The notes below the pieces were generated by a model, which was given only the letters and a program-made list of their open reading frames with translations, had not been told where the DNA came from and did no database searches. Shown here piece by piece: positions 54,024 through 64,000 of a stretch of 64,000 nt of DNA. Source of the DNA: Trichinella spiralis (Eukaryota); NCBI RefSeq assembly GCF_000181795.1, contig NW_003526943.1, positions 9,966,849 to 10,030,848 of the forward strand, read 5' to 3'. How positions within the stretch are numbered: the first letter of the stretch is position 1; the number at the start of each line of letters is the position of its first letter. The position numbers and the translations under genes are program-made.

Positions 54024-55768
54024 TCACCATGTATTGGCCAGTCGCCGCATGCGTCTCGTATTTCTGTCTTGGTCACGTATTTTTTTCTCCATTTCAGCGT
54101 CAGTCAACGTTTCCAAAATCAAACTCCACTGTTCGGCTTCGGAAGGTGTTCGGTAAGGGTTTTCAATAATAGGAAGTTGGGATTCACTATTAGAAAGAAA
54201 AGGGAATGAATGAATAAATTAATAATAATGAATGTGCACGTGTTTTACAAATAACAGTACACTTGGTCTCTCTTTGCATGTCTCTCTGGTTATTTACCTG
54301 AATGCATACGTTCTTTGATGCCATGCCAGCTGACCTCGTATACTGTATGCAATGATTGGTACGAATTCTCCTCCAAGTCCCAGCTCAGAGCAGAACTGTA
54401 TCGCAAATGACTCTGGGCAGTTATTAGGATCTGACATATCCCATTCGACTTGATCAACCAGAGACAAGTTTCCTACGTGAACATTCAACTAAAATAAAAA
54501 GTCAATTACAAATATACGGTAAGTATGTTTTTTTCTCTTTTATAAACTGAAAAATGGTGATAAATGAAAAAAAGAAATTCTTAAAAGTTACACAAGTAAG
54601 TAATTACAATAGTAATTAATTTTACCTTTAAAATTACCCTTTGATCGGGTTCATCGGAAAGTAGATTATCTGCGCAAAAAGCATCCAACTGTTGTCGTAT
54701 GCTTTGTGCGATAGCTGGTATGAAGCTAGCTGGTGGCAATTCGAGATCATCACAAAGAATTTCTGCGAACATCTCAGGTGTTATCACAGATTCTTAAAAA
54801 AAAGAAAGCAGACAACAAACAAATAAATCATCATTTCTTTCTTCTTCTATATTTGCTTTATTTATCCATGCATAATTGAGAAAAATTACCATTTTTATTC
54901 CACGTAAATGAATCTCTGAGTTTGAAACCATCCAATTCCATATCGAGGCGAATTGGAACAAGCACTTCAGGTTGATTTGCATTCAGTTCAATTAGATCCA
55001 CTTTTGTATCATCGTGACTTGAAAAACAAGCAAGGAAAAAATGGAATATTATCCCAAATATAAATAATATACAGTTGAGAATTGAGAAAAAAAAATTACC
55101 AAAGCGGAAACGTACGCAACTTTCGATGACCTATTCGACAATGAGCAACAGGCGTTGAACAAGGTACAGCATCTAGATGATGCGATCCGCTTGCAAACTG
55201 TCCCAACCACATTGCTCGCTTCATTTTATTATTGTCTCTGCAATCGATTGATTACAACATGAACATAAATTTTACAATTTTTTTTAAAATTTCTTTGCAA
55301 AATTCACTTGGTAGCAGCTATCAGTTGACCATCACCGTAACTGCTCAGAGAAAGTGCTCTGTATTTTTCATCATTGCCATTGAGCACTTCATCCACTTCA
55401 CTTGCCCGCATGAGCATAATATTTGTCGATAATGTATTCTGATTGAAACCTGGGCAATGGAATAAGAAATTTAAAGAATTTTTTTTTAATTAAATAAAAA
55501 TTCCATACCTAATTCTTGCATTTTCTTCTTCTCTTCCTGTGTAGCCGTTCGCCTCCACAGTTGTGGATATTTTTTATACAAAGCTCCGCGAAATAGTTTC
55601 ATATAATTGCCAACCTGTAAATTTGAAATTCAGTAATTTTATAAACAGTTCAGTTCAACAAATCATTTGCATCTTATTCACCTCGGAGCCTATGTAATAA
55701 CGTTCTCCACTTTCATCCAGGGCAAATGACTGGGGTCGTTCTCCAAATGTTTTATTTGGAGAATGCAT
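54024..55768 (-). CDS. SMARCB1: SWI/SNF subunit SNF5/SMARCB1
   Basis: [131 protein letters not shown]. Confidence 0.97.
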
Positions 55769-58294
55769 TTCCGACCTAAACAGATAAAATGCTATTCCTA
55801 ACAAAAAGTGATTGAATTTTTCCTCTAATACTACAATAAATGTATTTCACTGCTCCTATAACAAGTTAGTTTTCTATAATTCTGAAAAATAAAAAAAGCA
55901 CAGATCACTATTCACATACACACTAGCAGCAACACAAAGCACAGAATGGGATTTTTTCATTTGTGCACTAAACTATATAATTATTTTTTTTACTCATCAA
56001 TGAACAAACAAGCACAAGCAAGCAAGCGTTACACAATGGGATTTTTAAATCTCTCATTAACAATTCAACTACTACGCCTAAATCTTACCCAGTTCTTCTT
56101 TTTTTACTTGCGTTTAATCTGAAAATGAAATAACATTATCCAAAGAAGTTCAACTTTTAAACATTCGGCTAAAATGTATCGACAGAAAAACTAATAAAAA
56201 TATTTTCATATTGTGTTTAATGTTATATAATACTGGTCATTTCGATCATTAACGTTCAGCATCTGCAAATTTCGTTTTAATTATTTAAAATTAACAGTTA
56301 TTACATGCCAAAATTATTATCTATCAACAATGAAGAAGATTGAAATAAAAATCAATAAATATTTCGAAAATCTATCCTTAGTAAATTATTATTTTTAAAT
56401 TATCAGCTGTTTTTATTTACATACATACAATTTAAAAATCATGGATGCTCCCTTCAAAATAAATGATAAAAAATAATTTTTAAATACCATTATCATCATT
56501 ATCATTGTATAATTTATCTTTCAGCATTCATGTAAAGAAATAAATGACGAGTTTTGTTTGTAATGAAATCTATTAAATTAATAGACAAACTGGTTCTTCA
56601 GAAATAGGCGCCTAGAAATTTTTGAAAATGTTTATTCAATTTCCTGTTTTGAATATAAATGTCAAACAGCATATGCTAACATAAAAACACACCAGAAATA
56701 GATAAAATGTATCAAACACTGTTTTTCAAAAAAAAATTTAATATATATCCATTCAATTTGTTGATATATAACCCAATAAATTATATTTTAAAATGTAATA
56801 ATGGTGATGATAGTAATAACAATAAAATCGTGACATTTTCACAAGCTAAAAGAACAGCTGAAAAATGAAAATGTTATTAGACGGATGTGAATATAATAAG
56901 AGTAGACAACATATTACTATGTTTAAATTAAACTTATGCAAAAATAAACGCATATTTCACTTACGGTGCCATCGCGTTGCTTCCAAAAACGTTATTGCCT
57001 TTAATTACAGTATACTGAAAACTTTATCCAAAAATGATAAATAAGAACAATTAATTCCAGAAAGTTTTTGGCAATATTTGAATGTTGTCTGAAAAATTGT
57101 TAGAAAATTCTTTTCATCTACGATTTTTTGTTATACGCAATAAATAATAAGATTCAATTGATTACTGATGAACAAATAATTTTGTAAATAAAAAGTTCAA
57201 AAATTCTCAAAGCTAATAAAAGCATTTCTACAAATTCGATTTCTTATCAAATAGTCACTTCAGCAGTAAAGAATAAACGTATTTCAGGTTTAAAATTCAA
57301 AATTTATTCCAGTGTAGCACATGCAATTGAACACATGATGATGCTTCATCAATATAAGAACTCTTTGATTGGTTGTTTTTATTTGTGTTTGATTGGTTGA
57401 AAAGTTTTCATTGTTCTCCTATGCATGATTTGATTGATGACTCATATTTGCCTTGCGTACAGTGCTGACCTCTGACGTACAAATTGAACTTGGCGACTTG
57501 CTGCGTAATCAGTTTATTTGAGTATTTCATTACTTGGCAATTAATTTCATCTGTGCTTAATCAAGATTACAAAGAAATGAGTTTGACCAGTTTATTTCAT
57601 TATCGAAACAGTCAGCCACAAGTCAGGTCATGTCGTAAATGCTAATCAGGCGCAAAGAAGCCAATTATCTGATCAGTGCACTCGATAGATCTACGCTAGT
57701 GATAGTAAAAAAACCAGTTTGTGATCAGCTGTGAGATTCTATGCTTTAAACACTACCAGTTTGAACAAGCCCCTTCTCTTCAAATATTTTACGTATATTT
57801 ACATAAGCAACACGCTCATTCATGTTTGTTTGTTAACAAAAGATGTAATCAAAGGTTATTATTAGCCATGTACTATTTTTAGAAACATCTGAAATACAAG
57901 TGAAACGTTTAACGTGTGTTGTTGCTGTTGTTCTTTTTTTTATTTCAAGACTTTTATATAATTTGTATTGTTGAAAATGATGAAGAATTGATTTTTCGAC
58001 GTGTCTTTTAATTTACGAAAGGTACTGTTTAAAAAAATTCAGTTTAATAATTTTCCATAACAGATTTATTTGTTTATCTACAAACATACATCTGTTTGCT
58101 GAGAAGAGAATTATTTAATAAGAAAACTTTTCCCATTTAATCATTAGAGATGAAAAATTTTATCCAAAACATAATTTCGATGGTTATATAAAAATATCAA
58201 ATTATATTATTGTAGCAGTAGAAGTTTTATAACAGTCTGAAAGTCAGTATAGCATTATCTTGGTATTATTATATATTTTTTTAACCATTTTTCA

Positions 58295-58385
58295 CCAAAT
58301 CCAATGCGAAAGGAAAGAACCAATCCATCACCAGCAAAAGCAACTAATCCTGCGCGATGAAAACGAGCCAATCAAACGCGAGATA
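58295..58385. promoter_or_regulatory. Putative CCAAT-box cluster upstream of NAF1
   Basis: CCAAT at 58301, 58320 and 58368, with CGCG motifs, in a GC-richer island about 0.65 kb upstream of the NAF1 ATG. Confidence 0.3.
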
Positions 58386-59004
58386 ACCAAACAATCATTT
58401 CTTCATTTGTTGTATTAAAATTTTTTTTATTTGTTTCAGTTTTTTTAGAATATTTAAAAAAATTAATATATTATATGATTGCTTCTAGAATTATTGTTTG
58501 ATATTTATTTTCATTTTTTTCATAAAATTGAAATACAAGAATACAAACTGATCTTGAATTCATATTACGGTAGGCATTACACAACAATTTACCCGATGGC
58601 AGTGAAACTTTTTTGTGATATGTAAATTTGGTATGATATATGCAGTTAAATGTGTAAAACGTTTTATTTTTCACATTTTATTAATATAAATAGGACGCAT
58701 TGGTGCTTTGTTGATTGAATTTTTGTTTGACGATGATTTTTAAATTAAAGTATTTGATTGTTTGTTAAGAGTCATTTTCCACATAATTTATTGCGCGAAT
58801 TGGTCATGATATTTGTATAATTTTATTATAACAATGAGGAAGCTTTCTAACAATTTATGTTAAATATTCATTGTTTTTAATAATTTTAATAATGGTTTTT
58901 AAAATGTTCAGTGTTTATTTCATTTCATTATTATCAACAATTACTGTTCATTTGAACTATATAATCTATTTTGAAATTGTAAAAATTGTTTTTAAGGTTT
59001 TACG

Positions 59005-60637
59005 ATGAATAACACATCGACGAAAACATTTTGTAATACTGATTCCCATTTGAATGCCAAGACTTTGTCTGCTGAAAGTTCACCTAATTCTGTTGACGAT
59101 GGTCAAATTGAATGTGATGTTATGCAAGTTGTGCAGCAGTTGGTAGAGCACGTAGACGATGAGTTTACATCGAATGGTGGATATGATTTGAATAAATTTA
59201 ATATTTGGAAATTTTGCTCAAGAAAATTCTCCGATTCAACTGCCTCAAATTCCAGTGCTGATGATGATAGTTCAATTTCAGATTCCAGTCTCGCTGAATT
59301 CAGCGACAGTTCTGATATCAGCGTTGATTCGGAATCGAATCTTCTATGGTATGTCTATTTTTTTTAGAATAATTTTTTTGTATTAATAATGAAAAATGAT
59401 TTTTGTGAATTTAACATTGTTTTTAAACAGTGTCTTGAAAACCTCTGTTGCGGTTAGCCGATACAAGTACAATGGGAACTTAAAGGCGCCTAAAGTTTAC
59501 GGCGAACTGTCTCCTGAAGTATTTTGATTTTTTTGTTGTATAAACTTCGTACATGCTCTGCTTTAGGAGTTACCAAAAATTGAAAGATTGTCGATAAAAG
59601 CATATGGCAATGTCGAACTATTAGAACTTGGAGAAATTAAATCAGTTTTTGAAAAAATGAGTATACAAAAAATAATATTATTATTGATATTTTTGTGTTG
59701 AATAATTTTCATCTGCTTTTCAGTTATAATACATTCCAGTGAGAACGTTCCACCGCTTGCAGAAAACACGATTGTTTTCAACGATTCAAGAAAATCAGTT
59801 GGCGAGGTATATAGTATATATTATATAAAACTGAAACAGTTAATAAGTTTGTATCAATCACGGAATTTTTATCAACACCCGTAGATATTTGAAGTGTTCG
59901 GTCTAGTGAAAAGACCGATGTATGTAATTCGCTACAACGACAAATCGGAAATTGAAGAATTGGAATTGAAAGAAAAGATGAAATTGTATTATGCAGATGA
60001 CCCAGACTTCACTAATAAACTCATTCCTCTCAGTTTGATCACCAAAGGGAGTGACGCTAGTTGGATGCATAATCACGAAGTTCCGGAAGATGAAAGAGAT
60101 TTCAGCGATGATGAAACGGAACGAAAGTGGAAATCGTCAATGCGCAAAAATTGCGCCAACAACCGTCAATGTGACAAAAGTGAACCGCCGATGATGAACG
60201 CTGAGGAAGTATCCAATTGTGCAAGGAAACGACAAAGAAACAACCAACGACGAAATGATAATAATTTCAAATTTGCCGAAGGTGTGCAGCAAGCAGTTCC
60301 AATGCCAGTGGATAATTTTGCCCAGAATGGTCAACGCTCGCAGTTGTACCATCCACGAAATTATCCTAACCCCACCAGATACGGCAGGGTACGGTATCCG
60401 GCGAGGATGGACCATAATCCGATGATTGCAGGCGGAAGCCGTTTCCACGCAGCACCGCAGCATCGTTTTCCAAACATGGCAACAATGCCTGCTTTGCGCT
60501 GTAGTCGTTTTGGGTCGACAAGAATGCCTGGAAACGTGCCGTTTCAACAAAATGGAAACCATGGATTCGCTGGATTCGGTACGCGCAATCCCCATTCAAA
60601 TCCCTTCCGCAATCCAAGAGCACGTTTTCACAGATGA
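59005..60637 (+). CDS. NAF1: H/ACA RNP assembly factor NAF1 (acidic Ser-rich N-terminus, Gar1-like domain, Pro/Arg/Asn-rich C-terminus)
   Basis: ELSPEELPKIE...ELGEIKSV...PPLAENTIVF...VGEIFEVFGLVKRPMYVIRY...KGSDASWMHNHEVPEDERDFSDDETER. Confidence 0.92.
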
Positions 60638-60960
60638 GCTTACTTTCTTTTCAAATGTTTAACTGAATCTTTCTTATCTATCCTATCTTTTAACATTATT
60701 TTACAACTGCACGCACTATGTAGTAGCAAAAACAACTTTAAAATCAACTATTCAAGTTGTTTTTTTCTAATTTACATAGTGAATAAGAACATTTATTATA
60801 TTGACAATATATATTCTTTCATGAATTATACAAACCATTATCATTATCATTACAATCACACCAATATTACCTGACCGATTTCTCTACTGATAAATAAATA
60901 CAGTAATATATCATATTAAAAAAAATTTTATTTATAATTTTTCCAAATTAAAAAGTGACA

Positions 60961-61140
60961 TCAGCCAGTTGCGGTCTTCGGCTTTCCATTTTCCCATTTT
61001 GTAAATTTCACCGTGCTGCCTTCACGTTTCATCGCCTCAGCTTTGAGTTCTGGTTTCAAACAGTTGCGAACAATTTGCGCAGCTATTTCCGAATAACGGA
61101 TGTAATTGATGCCAGCCATACGCCAATAGAAGAGAGTCAT
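60961..61140 (-). CDS. ATP5F1E: Mitochondrial ATP synthase F1 subunit epsilon (59 aa)
   Basis: [53 protein letters not shown] matches the WR.AG..Y.RYS.I.A..VR..LK signature. Confidence 0.95.
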   Translation of the reverse strand: MTLFYWRMAGINYIRYSEIAAQIVRNCLKPELKAEAMKREGSTVKFTKWENGKPKTATG

Positions 61141-61898
61141 CTCGAATTTGCTATTCAAATCCTTCGGAAATTAAATAAATATGTTAAGCAGAATTTGAAA
61201 ACAAAGCAATTATTTAAAAAAACCACAAGTACTGACTTGTTCGACCGTATGAACAATATATGTAAGCAAAACAACAAACAACCTTCTGCTCATGTATATT
61301 TTATACACTTATATATATATGTATGTATGTATGTACGTATGTATATGTATATATCATCGTACCAAGGTGATGTTTGTTAAAATGTAACCTATCACGAAAA
61401 GAATACGGGCACAATTTTTAAAAAGCGAGAGAGATTCATCAAAGTATCCGGTCAAACACCAGTTGCAAATATATTATGTACGTATGGTAGGTATATTTCA
61501 ACATTGAAAGGCATTGAAAAGAAAATAAAAATTGAACTGCAACGAATTGAAATAAGTAACAAACAATGGCGCTGTTAATTATTGATTAAATTATTAAAGC
61601 GGTTACTTCAAACGAGGCTACTGACGACAAGAATGCACAAAAAATACATATATAGACTGCGGCACTACATCGAAAAGCAACCATATAACAGAAAAGCAAA
61701 CCATTCTCGTAATACTTTTAAAAAATGCGCAATTAAAATTTATAAAATGAACGTGAAAGAAAAGAAAATCATCTCGGAAAATTAAAAGCAAAAATGCAGA
61801 AAAAAAAAATAACAGAATTTTGACGATGAAAAGAGTGATCACCACATTAAGTTGTGCATTCGAAATGTGCTGCTTATTGTAGTAATATTGAATTGAAT

Positions 61899-62753
61899 TT
61901 AATTCACCGCTTGATTGATCAACGGAGCGTTGATAGTTAAGCCGTTGTTGCTTCGGATTCCATGCGACTGACCAGTCACTCCGACAGGATGCTGCCCAGG
62001 TCTTATAGGTTTAGCTTCAATGGGAAAAAAATAAGATTTGCATTTCCAGAAACAAATTTGTAAAATAATAATAACAACAATACCAATCTGGGCTGCAGGA
62101 AATCCACGTCTGACAAGATTCCGCTGACGGACAGCTTCTTTGATCCGTTCCACTTCAAACTGATATCTGCAAAAAACATCATCATCAAAAAATATCCAGA
62201 ATAATAAGAAAAAAAACATTAATTCTTTTTTTGTACTTTTTCCTATCCTTCATGGCAGCCTCTTTAGCTTCTTTGAGAGCGGTTTCCAAACTTTTCACTC
62301 GTTCCATTGTTGCACGCAGACGTTTCTCCAATTTTGGCAATTCACAACGCAAATCTGCGTTGTCTCGAACCAGCTGAAAATCATTGAATTTGACGACGAA
62401 TGAAAAAATTGAAATTACACCAATTTTTTTTGTTAAAAATTCCAAATTTTCAAATTAAAGATAAAAATAAATAAATTTTCTCTCAAATGCCGCTTTATAC
62501 TTGTTTGTGAACTTTGGTAAGCTGATCCAAGTTGTTCTCCAGGAATAAAATTTTCTGCTTTTGCGCCATTGAAGAGACAAATTCTTCCTCTTCCGGGCCA
62601 GTTGGTGTGCGTTTGATGCGCTGCTGTAAATCTTGCACGAAAAGTTTTCGCAAATTGTGCAACGTCTGCAATTCCTTGGCAACCGTCTCTTCCAGACCTT
62701 AAACAAACGCCCCACAACAAAGCGATGATGAAACATAAATTCATGGCATTCGA

Positions 62754-62814
<61 letters not shown>

Positions 62815-64000
62815 TCACCTTTCAAGTCCTGTTTCGCTTGTTCTCGCTTGTCTGACAACATAGCCAATTCTTTGATGCGCTTGTCGCGTCCATTTTCTTC
62901 AGACTTTAGCTTTTCGTAATCGCTCTGCAACTGATCTTTGGTCAGTTGCAACTGATTCAACGAGCTGCAAAATCACAAACAAATTAATTAATTGAATGAT
63001 GGAATAAATATGATCAAAAACAAACAAACAAACAACAACACTTACACTTGCAATTGATCGATTGTGTTATTTTTTTCCATAATTTCATCACGAAGGGCGG
63101 ATAGTTGTTTCGCATGCGCTTCACGATGACTTTCCAACTGGGCTTCCAGAGCGCTTTTCAAATCCACCTCAGACGCCGGTGCAATGCTCACCTTGGCTAC
63201 ATTTTCTGCAACTCAACACAAATAACATTGAAAATAAGCGACAGCAAATTTAAATTTAAAAAAAATGAAAAACAAAAAACCTTGCGCCCGCAATTTCGCG
63301 CATTCTTCGTTCAAAGTATCGACCGCTTCTTCAAGTTGACGCTTCTTGTTTTCAACCTCTTTCATCGATGCGGTCAACGAATTCATACGAATTTCATACT
63401 GAAAATTACAATAATAATCGGATAAATAATAATATTGATAAATTATTATTTTTTTTGAAATCAACCAACTAACTTGTTGTATCAAGAGACGACAATCGGC
63501 CAGTTCACGTTCATTGCTTTCCAAACGTTGCGCATAATCCGACTGGAACGTGTCCAGTTGTGCACATTTCTGAATACAACAAAAGCATATAGTAAAACAG
63601 CAACAACAACAACAATAACCACAGTATACTTCGGATAATGTTTTAATTTCGGCTTTCATTTTTGTCAACAACAACCGTGCCACGGTGAATTCTTCATCGA
63701 TGCGGTCGACTTTGTTCGGATCTTCCAAACTGACCTTCATCTCGGCAATGTTGCCGCCAATGATGCTTCCAACTTCGCAAAGATCGCGCACAATATTCGA
63801 CAGCATATCTTGGATTCGTCGCTTTTGAACGGCTGTACCTTCTTTGATCTGCTGCAGCTCGCTTTGAACCTCATTCAGCATGATCTTTGCAGCAAAGAAG
63901 AAGATATTCATATTTATAATTATAATATATATATTATTTTTTTTATCAATATTCACCAATTTTTTCGACAATTCATCGTTCAGAGATTCGTTCTCTTTCA
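61899..64000 (-). CDS. unc-116: Kinesin-1 heavy chain, C-terminal stalk and tail exons (the gene continues beyond the window)
   Basis: [109 protein letters not shown], and the autoinhibitory QIAKPIRPG motif. Confidence 0.97.
62755..62814. repeat. (ATT)20 microsatellite directly after a kinesin splice donor
   Basis: Twenty perfect ATT units. They explain the poly-Ile artefact in ORFs 62433..62960 and 62725..62919. Confidence 0.95.

Noticed and set aside
58257..58397. Minus-strand frame MIVWLSRV-TGA-LARFHRAG..., a possible selenoprotein
   Set aside because: It has no similarity to known selenoprotein families and no SECIS element is visible. The region is better explained as CCAAT-box promoter sequence.
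62433..62960. Poly-isoleucine protein in the ORF track
   Set aside because: It is a translation through an intronic (ATT)20 microsatellite.
1..64000. tRNA, rRNA, CRISPR arrays or prokaryotic defence/operon systems
   Set aside because: I saw no tRNA cloverleaf or T-loop motif, no rRNA sequence and no regularly spaced repeats. The locus is eukaryotic and intron-rich.

Overview
This is AT-rich eukaryotic genomic DNA with many short GT-AG introns and TTTCAG/TTTTAG acceptors. The gene content and intron style point to a nematode, most likely a clade I, Trichinella-like species; that assignment is an inference. I reconstructed about 15 spliced genes by hand: a Knickkopf/Skeletor-like DM13 protein, an NK4 (tinman/ceh-28) homeobox gene, RBM5/10, a two-LIM protein, arginine kinase with an N-terminal targeting extension, SDHC, YKT6, SLD5, a PP1 glycogen-targeting subunit (PPP1R3), Sec3, SNF5, NAF1, ATP synthase epsilon, the 3' part of kinesin-1 heavy chain, and an orphan secreted-peptide candidate. 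DNA-transposon relics are also present: a decayed hAT transposase, a pogo/Tigger-like element and a 133-bp MITE. I found no rRNA, tRNA, CRISPR array or prokaryote-type system. The most interesting signals are three. (i) A splice donor sits inside the last codon of the PPP1R3 gene and can keep or destroy its C-terminal PYW motif through two downstream acceptors. (ii) An unannotated two-exon gene encodes a signal peptide, a KR site and a Cys pair, and overlaps a strong hairpin. (iii) There are clusters of NHR-23/ROR-like and Grainyhead-like sites. Exon boundaries were read by eye and need RNA-seq confirmation.
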